From assembly GCA_035362935.1 (NCBI GenBank), contig DAOSEC010000001.1, forward strand, positions 71,665 through 135,664: 64,000 bases of DNA. The letters run 5' to 3'. Below the pieces are notes generated by a model. The model did not search any database. It was given only the letters and a program-made list of their open reading frames with translations, and was not told where the DNA came from. Below, piece by piece: positions 18,710-27,960 of the stretch (positions within the stretch are counted from its first letter, which is position 1; the number at the start of each line of letters is the position of its first letter). Made by a program: the position numbers and the translations under genes. The stretch is from Bacilli bacterium (GTDB taxonomy: Bacteria > Bacillota_I > Bacilli_A > ML615J-28 > CAG-313).

Positions 18710-19990
18710 CTGGATAATAAATTCTTTGTAAATTGCTTGTAAATGATCGGATAGATTAACTTCGATTAATGTACCATGATCTTGATAGTCAATTGTCAAT
18801 ATGTCTGCATTTTCTTGTAAGTAATGAACCAAATTTCCCTTTGTATATGGGATTAATACCTTCACTTTGCGATACCCAGAAAAAAGGGCTTCATCAATCA
18901 TTTGTAGTAATTCAGAATATCCTTCTTTTGTAACCGACGAAATTCGTATGGCTTTTTCGTATGCACTTGGAATGTAAAAATATTCTTTATGCAAATCAAT
19001 TTTGTTAAATGCATATATTGTAGGGATATCAACAACACCTAACTCGGTTAATACTTGGTTCGTGGTGTTAATTTGCATTTCAAATTTTTCATTGAATGAA
19101 TCCACGATATGTATAATTAAATTGGCATCTTTGATTTCTTCTAATGTTGATTTGAAAGCTTCTACCAAATGATGTGGTAACTTACTTACAAAACCAACCG
19201 TGTCAGTTAACAAAAACTCATGATTGTTTTTGAGTTTAATTTGTCTAGTTGAAGTTTCGAGTGTTGCAAAAAGCATATCTTTGGCCAATACTTTTTTGTC
19301 TTCGCTTCCTTCTGTAAAATCAAGAATCGTGTTCAGAGCTGTTGATTTGCCAGAATTGGTATAACCAACCAAAGCAACAACAGGAATTTCATTTTTAAGG
19401 CGTTTTTCTCGTTGTTTTGCTCTTGTTTCAACAATTTCTTTTAACTCTGCTTTTAATTTTACGATGTCGTCACCCAAACGGCGTCGATCAAGTTCAAGTT
19501 TTGTTTCACCGGCACCTCTACTTCGCAAATCTCCACCACTTGACCCTCCTAAACGAGATAGGTCTCTTCTTGAACCAATTAAGCGGGGTAGCATATATTG
19601 TAGTGTTGCTAACTGAACTTGTAATGTCGCTTCTTTCGTTATAGCACGCCGATCAAATATATCTAAAATGAGCATCGTGCGATCGATAACTTTAATATCA
19701 AGAAATTCCTCAATGTTTTTGATTTGAGAAGGTGTAAGTTCATCATTAAAAATAACTAAATCTGCTTCGTGTGCATCAACAGCTATTTTGATCTCATCTA
19801 ATTTCCCCTTTCCTACATATGTAGCAGGGTGAATGTGACGCAAGTTTTGTGTAAGTGTGTCAACGACATCTAACTCACAGGCAGTACATAAATTGACTAA
19901 TTCTTCAAGTTGGTAATTAAAAAGATAATCATCTCCGAGATTGACAGACACTAAAATGGCTTGTTCTTTTTTTGGTGCTGTTTCAAACAT
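18707..19990 (-). CDS. hflX: GTPase HflX
   Basis: HflX N-domain followed by a GTPase with G1 GYTNSGKST and G3 DTVGF motifs. Confidence 0.85.
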   Translation of the reverse strand: MFETAPKKEQAILVSVNLGDDYLFNYQLEELVNLCTACELDVVDTLTQNLRHIHPATYVGKGKLDEIKIAVDAHEADLVIFNDELTPSQIKNIEEFLDIKVIDRTMLILDIFDRRAITKEATLQVQLATLQYMLPRLIGSRRDLSRLGGSSGGDLRSRGAGETKLELDRRRLGDDIVKLKAELKEIVETRAKQREKRLKNEIPVVALVGYTNSGKSTALNTILDFTEGSEDKKVLAKDMLFATLETSTRQIKLKNNHEFLLTDTVGFVSKLPHHLVEAFKSTLEEIKDANLIIHIVDSFNEKFEMQINTTNQVLTELGVVDIPTIYAFNKIDLHKEYFYIPSAYEKAIRISSVTKEGYSELLQMIDEALFSGYRKVKVLIPYTKGNLVHYLQENADILTIDYQDHGTLIEVNLSDHLQAIYKEFIIQ

Positions 19991-20107
19991 GATATCTCTT
20001 CCTTTCTAAAATAAAATAAAAAAACTAAATATGTAATCCTCTTAGTCGCATGTGTATACCACCTTTCTTATCCATCTTGTATTGTACCATAAACGAGAGT
20101 AAAAAGA

Positions 20108-20144
20108 TAGAAAAAAAACTATCCTGAACAATCAGGATAGTTTT
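20108..20144 (-). terminator. rho-independent terminator of the RNR gene (minus strand)
   Basis: 11-bp stem AACTATCCTGA/TCAGGATAGTT with loop ACAA. On the minus strand it is followed by TTTTTTT. Confidence 0.6.
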
Positions 20145-20150
20145 GTAATG

Positions 20151-22667
20151 TTATAGTCCACATTTTAATTGTGCGTTACAGTTTGTACAAGTATGGCAAC
20201 CACCAATGTCTTCTACCGTACCTTCAAGGCAAATAGGGCAAATGTCACCAATTTCAACACCGATGTTTTTTCCTGCTTTGCTTCGCAAATGGAGCTGACT
20301 TTCAGTTTCCTTTGGAACTTTTACTTCTTCAACTTGAATTCCTAAATCTGTGAACTCAACTTGTTTTGGTAATATTTCTTCGTTCTTAAGAGTGAGAACT
20401 TGAGTATCGCGACTTCCATCAACGTATACAGTACCACCCTTAGCACCATTCTTGTATAAATACATATATAGTTCTTGTACTTGTTCAACACTATATCCTT
20501 TCGGAGCATTGACTGTTTTTGAGATTGAGGAATCGACCCAGCGTTGAATAATGCATTGTACGGCTGCATGTTCATGAGCAGTCAATTCCATCGCCGAAAC
20601 AAACGTATTAGGTAATGTAGCTTCTGTATATTGCGGATATAGTTGTAGGAATCGTTCTACGATAGGAGCATTTACTTCCATAAATTTACCCAATCGACCA
20701 CTGCGGTAATACTTAAATGCAAAGTAAGGCTCTAATCCTGTAGAAACCCCAACCATAGTTCCAGTTGATCCTGTCGGAGCAATCGTCAATAGATGAGAGT
20801 TACGAATTCCATATTTTAATACACCATCGCGTATGTCTTTTGGCATTTTTTTCATAAAACCTGACTCTACAAATTTTTGACGAGACCCATATTGTTCTAA
20901 AAAGGGGAAACTTCCCTTTTCTTTTGCTAAATCAATCGATGTTTTGTAAGCATGATATGCGATAAACTCAAACAATTGATCGACAAACTTGTTTCCTTGT
21001 TTGGATCCATAGCGAATATTACAGTAAATCATCAAATCATGTAGACCCATAATTCCAAGCCCAACACGACGTTCACCGAGTGCTTGTTTTTTATTGGGTT
21101 CTAAGAAGTATGCCGTACGATCAATGACATTATCTTGCATACGCACACTTGCACGAATCGTTTTTTCTAACTTTGTCCAATTTACAGTTTGATGATCGAA
21201 ATCAACCATGTTTGCAAGATTGATTGCCGCTAAGTTACATACAGAGTATGGAGCAAGCGGTTGTTCTCCACATGGGTTCGTACAAACAACTTGTTGGTTG
21301 TATCCAGTGGCATTGGTCATATCGTTTGCATTGTCCATGAAGAAAATGCCCGGTTCAGCCGAATAAGTTGCACAAATGTTGATTAAATTCCATAATTCTT
21401 TGGCTTTAATGGATTTATAGACTCTTACGGAATAACCCATTTCTTGCCAACGTCTTACATCACCAATTTCATGCCATTTTTCATCGTAAGCTGCTTTTTC
21501 TCCGGCAGAGTAATTATCGATATCTGGAAAGCGCAAATCATAATAAGAATCGTTTTCAACTGCTTGCATAAATTCTTTTGTAATCGCAACTGAAATATTA
21601 GACCCACTTAGATATTCTGGATTATTTACCTCATATCTACCCTTGTACTTTAAAAATTCTTTCACCTTGTCATAAACACCACGTTTTAAGGTTCCTGGTT
21701 TTGCGTCCTCAAACTCACTTAAGGTTTCATACATTTCCATCTCTTCTGACTTCAGTGGAATAAATTTTAACTTATTTTTTGCTTCTCTAACTATATCTTC
21801 ATCTTGAATATGATCAATTAAAAATTGTAAAATTTTTGGGTTTTGCATTTTTGAGATAATGAACTCAATAATATCTGGATGCCAATCCGCCATCATAATC
21901 ATTTGTGCACCGCGGCGGGATCCACCCTGCTCAACAAGATGAGTCAGTTGTGATAAGTCATGTAACCAACTAACTGCACCACTTGATTTCCCACTGACTC
22001 CTTTGGCAAGTGAGTTTTTTGGTCTTAGTGTTGATCCGTTCGTACCTACTCCACCACCACGAGACATAATTTCCATAACTTGTTGGCGATGTTGACTGAT
22101 ACCAACACGTGAATCATGTACAAAAGGCATTACAAAACAGTTAAAATATGTCACAGCACTATTGCTTCCTGCACCAAACAATACTCGTCCAGCTGGAACA
22201 AGATTCAGTTCTGAAATCTCGTGATAGAAAGCATTTACCTTATCAAGAGTTTCACCCACTGCCAAATTGTTTGCAACGCGATGTGCAATCTGTTCATAAA
22301 ATATTTCCATAGGCTTATCTACCGCATTCTTCATTCGGCAAATTTCCCCTGTTGGAAGTTTGTCTGTTGCTAACCCATCGTACTCATCTTCTAATAATAT
22401 ATATATTTTTTCATCTACAATTTTTGTGATGTAACCAATCCCTCTTGATGGAAATTTTGGATCATCTTTTACAACACATACCACAAGGTCCCCTATTCCT
22501 AGTGTTAGGTGATTGATGTCTTTTTGGGTGTAACGATCTAACATTACTAAGCGAGAAACCCCATCAAATGTTTTATTCATTTTCTCATCAACTAAAAACA
22601 AATGGGGAAAATGATTTTTGATGTCCTGATTGAGTTTATCAATCAACGTCTTTTTGTAAGTATGCAT
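20151..22667 (-). CDS. nrdJ: ribonucleotide reductase, class II-like monomeric form (adenosylcobalamin-dependent type, NrdJ-like). The class is not certain.
   Basis: Active-site region TNPCGEQPL...CNLAAINL of class I/II RNRs. The length is 838 aa. A C-terminal CxxC...CxxC Zn-ribbon is present, and no nrdB/nrdF or nrdG partner lies nearby. Confidence 0.65.
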   Translation of the reverse strand: MHTYKKTLIDKLNQDIKNHFPHLFLVDEKMNKTFDGVSRLVMLDRYTQKDINHLTLGIGDLVVCVVKDDPKFPSRGIGYITKIVDEKIYILLEDEYDGLATDKLPTGEICRMKNAVDKPMEIFYEQIAHRVANNLAVGETLDKVNAFYHEISELNLVPAGRVLFGAGSNSAVTYFNCFVMPFVHDSRVGISQHRQQVMEIMSRGGGVGTNGSTLRPKNSLAKGVSGKSSGAVSWLHDLSQLTHLVEQGGSRRGAQMIMMADWHPDIIEFIISKMQNPKILQFLIDHIQDEDIVREAKNKLKFIPLKSEEMEMYETLSEFEDAKPGTLKRGVYDKVKEFLKYKGRYEVNNPEYLSGSNISVAITKEFMQAVENDSYYDLRFPDIDNYSAGEKAAYDEKWHEIGDVRRWQEMGYSVRVYKSIKAKELWNLINICATYSAEPGIFFMDNANDMTNATGYNQQVVCTNPCGEQPLAPYSVCNLAAINLANMVDFDHQTVNWTKLEKTIRASVRMQDNVIDRTAYFLEPNKKQALGERRVGLGIMGLHDLMIYCNIRYGSKQGNKFVDQLFEFIAYHAYKTSIDLAKEKGSFPFLEQYGSRQKFVESGFMKKMPKDIRDGVLKYGIRNSHLLTIAPTGSTGTMVGVSTGLEPYFAFKYYRSGRLGKFMEVNAPIVERFLQLYPQYTEATLPNTFVSAMELTAHEHAAVQCIIQRWVDSSISKTVNAPKGYSVEQVQELYMYLYKNGAKGGTVYVDGSRDTQVLTLKNEEILPKQVEFTDLGIQVEEVKVPKETESQLHLRSKAGKNIGVEIGDICPICLEGTVEDIGGCHTCTNCNAQLKCGL

Positions 22668-22926
22668 ATCTACCTACACCCTCTTCCTTCCTATATTCTT
22701 CCAAACCGAAAGTTATACTCATTATACAATACAAATTTTTAAATTTAAAGATGAAAATATTTTCATTTTTTTGTGATTTTTCGAATAGATGAAATTTCTA
22801 AAAAGCAACAAACAATTATAAAAATATTATTTTTTGGAAAAACAACGAAAGGTAGTTGAATAATTTCATTTTATTTTTTTAACTACTTTGTGGTATAATA
22901 CATTGTAAGATGAAACAGGTGATTCT

Positions 22927-25900
22927 ATGGCAAAACGATTAGAACTAGATTATCGTCTTAGACTTTCTAACCATCATTTATCAAATATATATGATTCAGG
23001 ATACTATTTAGAAGTCGGTAATTTAGATGCAAACCTCATTACAAGAATCATAAATGGCGAAGAGCTGTCTTTTTATGATGTAATCAATCCACATATAGCA
23101 CACGACAGTCCAAGCAAGATTGCGAATGTCGAGTACGACGAAGTATTGCAAATGCGATATTTTCTGAACAAAAAAGCGATTGATTCGAGTGAAAAGATTT
23201 TTTTGACATGTGGTATTCTAAAATGGAAATCCTCCAAAGACAGTGAAATATTCGCGCCAATCATATTGATACCAATTCGTGTTGTTGAACGAAAACTTAA
23301 TCAATTTTATCTAAAACGATCTGGAAAAATCATTCACAACAAATATCTAAGTGAAGAAATCAAACGTAGAATGGGAATGGATATTCCTCGATTTGATAAG
23401 CCAGAAACTGTTTTCGACATTGATTATTATGGAGAATTTTTAGCAAAATTAACAAATTCTTCTTTTGAACTTGGCAATTTTATTACCTATGCTAGAGTTG
23501 ATTATATGGACATTGATTTGGACCGAAATAAGTTTAGTCCTCAACGTTCCTTTATGAATTATGATTTAAATGAAATTCATCTTTACCCACTCATTCACTT
23601 AAACATGATTTTACCTGCGAACAAAGAACAAAAAGACGCCCTTATAGTGGCTTCTGAAGGGAAGAGTTTCGCAATTGATGGCAAACTTGGAACAGGAAAA
23701 ACAACAACAGCAATCAATATAATCGCAAACAAAATTCATCAAGAACAAAGCGTTTTATATATATCAAACGATTCTTACCAATTGAAAGCATTTAAACAAA
23801 GAGTGATTGAACTAAAACTTGACAAATATATGTTTGACTTTGATCATCCTTGTGAACAAACAGAATCAGTAGAGGAAGATATTGACATTCGTGTATCAAA
23901 AGAAAGTTATCATAAGCTCTCCGAATTAACGCATAGAATGACCAATATCCAAAAAATACTATTAAGTAAGGTTTGTGGATATCGTTATGGAGAAATTTAT
24001 CATCAAATAGCTTATTTGAGCAGATTAGATAAAGCAAGTTTGAGTTACCCAAAAATCATACACCTACATCGACATGAAATTGAACAAATCATCCCAAGTC
24101 TTAATCAAATCGAAGCTTCATTAATCAAACTAGTTCCTTTTGAAAAAAGCATTTGTCATTCTCTTCACGAAACATTAAAAGCGTCTGATGAAGAAAAGAT
24201 TAAAGAATCCTTAAAGCAATTTAAAATAACCCAATTACAGGGACAAATGATGTCAAAAAAATTGACAGATCTTTATCATATTCAACAAACAAATGATATC
24301 CGCCTTATTCGACGCCTAATTTATAATTTTAACTCATTAAAAAATCATCAACCATCTCAATCGTGGATTGATGAAGATTTGATTGCATATCAAAAAGCGT
24401 TGAAAAAAATTGATGAGTTAGAAACAAAGATTAAGCAGTATTATCTTGTTTCCGAAGAACTATCTGATAAGTTTGATTACCGCATCACCAGTGTAAACAT
24501 GGACGAAGTGATTACTGGTTTATTTGGTGAGTATTTTAAAGAAACCGAAGTTGAAATTGTAAATTTGCTACTTCAATACAAAAAGCAATTACTTCGTATT
24601 GCTTTGGGTGTGGAAAACAACAAAAACAATTTTACAAGATTAAAAGGTCAATTAAACAATCACTTTAGTACACGCAAAGTAGAATTAGGAACATTAGAAG
24701 AACTATCTGAACTTGTCACCTTTTTAGAACGAAATGAATTCAACAATAAATGGATTGGATTTGCGATTAACGAAAAGACACAATTATTGCGAAAAATGAA
24801 GCAATATGAAGATTATTTCCTTTCTTATCAAAGTTCTTATGTATATATTCTTGATTCTTTGGTAAAAAACGATTTAACAGCAATTTCAGAGCTTATAGAG
24901 CCGTTTAATAAGAAAGGCAAAGCAAAAGGAAATCAAACCAAACACGAGATAAAACGAATTAAAAAATACGTCAAACCTCACATTTGGAAAGACCCAACCT
25001 TTAACATGAACAAATTAATCCAAAAACTTAAAAAACATATTGAACTAGACAAGGAATATATTAGACAGAAATCGAGTTATGAAGAATTGTTTGGGGAACT
25101 CCCAGTACGCTTATTAGGACTAACCGATCAACTCTCAAATACCATTAATTTGTTAGAAAAGTATCGATTGAATAAAGCTTTTCCTGTACGAAACTATTTA
25201 AACTATTTTAGCAGTTTAAGTGCACCTGAACAAAAGAATGCTTTAAAAGATCTACAAACCATGATTTTGATTCAAAAAGAAATTGAGAAAAATATCGAAG
25301 AGCTAAAACCATTTGGGTTTAAAGTTCGTAGTTATCATTTTGAGTCTAGATTGCAAGAGATAGCTTCAATCTCGTTATATTTGAAGAAACTATATCGATC
25401 CAATGATTACATAAAGAGTTTAGTGCTCAAACCAAAAAATAATATTATCGTAGATGACTTTATTGCGGTATCCAATGATACAGCTGTGAAGCCAGCAGTA
25501 TTGCAATTATTTGACCCAGTTACCATTGCACAGTCAAATCAAGCACAAGTTGCAAGCATATCCCAAAACACGAAAGACGGTTTACAGGTGAATGATTACT
25601 ACTACATAAAACAACTTCTTGAAGAAAAGCAAAATGTGTTATCGTTTTTAGAAAAGAGCGAGTTTGAATATCGTTATTTGTATGGTTCTTATTACAAAGG
25701 GCTAAATACGGAAGTTTCAGCCATTCGATTGGCACTTGAAAAATTTGGAAAATTTATTAAAATGATTCCAAATCCGGAAGATGTCATAGGATTGTTTCGA
25801 CCAGACCAATATGTACGATTCCAAGCTGATTTTGAACAAGTATCCTATTTTTATGAAAAATGGATGGTTGCCTTCCGAGAATACTCCAAATATTTCAAAG

Positions 25901-27396
25901 AAAACAACATAGCTTATATTGATAATACATTCTTAGACAATGTTAAGCACATCGATGAATTGATGAAACACACAGATTCCTTGAAAGACTATTTAGTTGT
26001 ACTCGAACACTCAAATGTGTTAAAAGATTATAAGCTAGACGATATCGTGAAACGAATCTTTAATGGAGAACTAACAAACAACATTAAGCATGGATTTTTA
26101 TATCAATATTTCGTTTCTTTAAGCAAAGACTTTGTTCAAACATATCCAGAAATCTTAACTCTCCAAACCGTGAATGAAGGATTGATCGAAATCGATAAGC
26201 TAACAACGTTGATTTTAGAAGAGAACAAAGCCTTATTACAATCTGCTCAAGACGCTGATTATGAGAAAATTGCTCATAGAATGAAACGAATCAAACCAAA
26301 TAATTATAACGAAATGGTAAAGATTAGTTTACATAGTAAGTATCTTTATATTGCGGATTCAGATATCTTATTAAGTGGACTTGACATTGGCTTTTTTGAT
26401 TGCGTTATCGTCGATGATGCACATATTGCAAATTCCAATAAATATGTGAAAGTCGCAGAAGCAAAACAACTCATTATCATTGGTGACAAAGATGCCAAAA
26501 GTTCGATTGCAAACAACTTAATATCTAGAATTCGACACGGAAACACAATACCTTTAAAGTTTAACTATCATAGAAACAATAAAATTCTTATGGATTATAA
26601 AAAAGAAAAAGACAACAACAAAGGAATCATTGATGACTTTTTATTAAAAGAAACCGGGTTTTCTTATATTGAACAAGAACAACCATTCGTAGATTACATC
26701 ACGCAACTGCACCACAAAGACCCGAATGCAAAAATCAATATCTATGTTGGTAACGATTTGATGAATTTTACTGTATATAAACAACTCGCAAATTATTTTA
26801 TTGAAACGGGTTTTGAAAAAGACCAAGTGTTAGATATTTTATCAAATCAAATTCGAATTTCTGATGCAAGAATTAATTATTTAAGTTTTGCAGATTACAA
26901 CATATTCTATTACAATGATTATATCGATGTTGAAGAAGTTGTGCTTGAGATTACACTGACATCTTTGATGAGTGTACACAAAGCATTTATTATTTATCAT
27001 CATATTGACCCAGAACAAACACCAATTATCAAAAAACCACTAGAAACTTTGATTAAATATATTTCAAAATATAAGAAATGGAATCTAGTAGAAGACCAAG
27101 AATCTATTAAGTATCCATTATCACAATCTCTTGTCAACAAAGGGTTCAAAGTCTATCAAGGATTTGGTAACATTGATATCATTTTCAAGAAGAAAAATCA
27201 AGTTTATGGTATTATAGTGTATAATGAGCCACAAAAACTCGACTTAGATTTGATTGAAGATTACGAAAACTATGTTAAAACTATGGCAGAACAAGGAATA
27301 AAAATATATATGATTTTTTCTAAAGATGTTTGTGAACGATTTGATCAAGTCATAGAACATATTATTTCCCAATGTGAGGTACAACATGATTCGTAA
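22927..27396 (+). CDS. large DUF4011 / Upf1-like SF1 helicase-family protein with degenerate motor motifs (architecture resembles Hhe-type defence helicases)
   Basis: The N-terminal LTCGILKWK...EIFAPIILIPIRV matches the DUF4011 L.GfL.W / PLlLvPv signature. Walker A GKLGTGKTT is at about aa 255. After a ~900-aa insert comes Walker B VIVDDAH. Motif III reads IIGDKDAKS (no Q) and motif IV reads NYHRN instead of QYRMHP. No TRxK motif VI was seen. Confidence 0.55.
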   Translation: MAKRLELDYRLRLSNHHLSNIYDSGYYLEVGNLDANLITRIINGEELSFYDVINPHIAHDSPSKIANVEYDEVLQMRYFLNKKAIDSSEKIFLTCGILKWKSSKDSEIFAPIILIPIRVVERKLNQFYLKRSGKIIHNKYLSEEIKRRMGMDIPRFDKPETVFDIDYYGEFLAKLTNSSFELGNFITYARVDYMDIDLDRNKFSPQRSFMNYDLNEIHLYPLIHLNMILPANKEQKDALIVASEGKSFAIDGKLGTGKTTTAINIIANKIHQEQSVLYISNDSYQLKAFKQRVIELKLDKYMFDFDHPCEQTESVEEDIDIRVSKESYHKLSELTHRMTNIQKILLSKVCGYRYGEIYHQIAYLSRLDKASLSYPKIIHLHRHEIEQIIPSLNQIEASLIKLVPFEKSICHSLHETLKASDEEKIKESLKQFKITQLQGQMMSKKLTDLYHIQQTNDIRLIRRLIYNFNSLKNHQPSQSWIDEDLIAYQKALKKIDELETKIKQYYLVSEELSDKFDYRITSVNMDEVITGLFGEYFKETEVEIVNLLLQYKKQLLRIALGVENNKNNFTRLKGQLNNHFSTRKVELGTLEELSELVTFLERNEFNNKWIGFAINEKTQLLRKMKQYEDYFLSYQSSYVYILDSLVKNDLTAISELIEPFNKKGKAKGNQTKHEIKRIKKYVKPHIWKDPTFNMNKLIQKLKKHIELDKEYIRQKSSYEELFGELPVRLLGLTDQLSNTINLLEKYRLNKAFPVRNYLNYFSSLSAPEQKNALKDLQTMILIQKEIEKNIEELKPFGFKVRSYHFESRLQEIASISLYLKKLYRSNDYIKSLVLKPKNNIIVDDFIAVSNDTAVKPAVLQLFDPVTIAQSNQAQVASISQNTKDGLQVNDYYYIKQLLEEKQNVLSFLEKSEFEYRYLYGSYYKGLNTEVSAIRLALEKFGKFIKMIPNPEDVIGLFRPDQYVRFQADFEQVSYFYEKWMVAFREYSKYFKENNIAYIDNTFLDNVKHIDELMKHTDSLKDYLVVLEHSNVLKDYKLDDIVKRIFNGELTNNIKHGFLYQYFVSLSKDFVQTYPEILTLQTVNEGLIEIDKLTTLILEENKALLQSAQDADYEKIAHRMKRIKPNNYNEMVKISLHSKYLYIADSDILLSGLDIGFFDCVIVDDAHIANSNKYVKVAEAKQLIIIGDKDAKSSIANNLISRIRHGNTIPLKFNYHRNNKILMDYKKEKDNNKGIIDDFLLKETGFSYIEQEQPFVDYITQLHHKDPNAKINIYVGNDLMNFTVYKQLANYFIETGFEKDQVLDILSNQIRISDARINYLSFADYNIFYYNDYIDVEEVVLEITLTSLMSVHKAFIIYHHIDPEQTPIIKKPLETLIKYISKYKKWNLVEDQESIKYPLSQSLVNKGFKVYQGFGNIDIIFKKKNQVYGIIVYNEPQKLDLDLIEDYENYVKTMAEQGIKIYMIFSKDVCERFDQVIEHIISQCEVQHDS

Positions 27397-27955
27397 AAAA
27401 GGGTCTAAAAAATTACTCTATGAGTTTGTTAGATATTTAAAAGACAATCAAGATTCAACGATTGCGATCAAGCACCGACTACTCAAACTAGATGAAGCGG
27501 ATGTTGACCTAAATGCAAAAATGTATCGCGGAAGAACTCTAATGCATTACGCAGTCATGATGAATAAGAAAAATATGATCAAATTATTTATCAAAAGCGG
27601 TGTTAATCCAAATATCGCAGATGATGACTTTTACACACCACTTCATCTTGCAATTAGTAAAAAATATTACCATGCAGCAAAAGAACTTCTACGACATGAA
27701 GTGGATTTGAACGCTGGAGCAGAATTTGAACAAACACCATTGCACATAGCTGTAATAAGTGGTAATCTAGATTTGGTTAAGTTACTAATAGACCATGGGG
27801 CAGACTATTTGATGATTGATGAAAAAAACAATTATCCGATTGATTATGCAATTGATGAAAAAGATGTTAAAATTATTAATTATCTATTAAGCAAACAATC
27901 CATCGATGATGTAAGACAAAAACAAATTGATAAAATAAATAAAGAAAAAAGGTGA
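27386..27955 (+). CDS. ankyrin-repeat protein (~4 ANK repeats)
   Basis: Repeated TPLH.A...G....V..LL..GAD.N units. A GAGGT SD lies 5 nt before the ATG at 27386. It overlaps the stop of the upstream large gene by 11 nt and ends 5 nt before cdaA. Confidence 0.8.
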   Translation: MIRKKGSKKLLYEFVRYLKDNQDSTIAIKHRLLKLDEADVDLNAKMYRGRTLMHYAVMMNKKNMIKLFIKSGVNPNIADDDFYTPLHLAISKKYYHAAKELLRHEVDLNAGAEFEQTPLHIAVISGNLDLVKLLIDHGADYLMIDEKNNYPIDYAIDEKDVKIINYLLSKQSIDDVRQKQIDKINKEKR

Positions 27956-27960
27956 TTTAG

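Noticed and set aside
22668-22926. Cobalamin riboswitch upstream of the NrdJ-like gene
   Set aside because: No B12-box (GCCACUG) or the associated conserved helices were seen in the leader. The region is simple AT-rich sequence.
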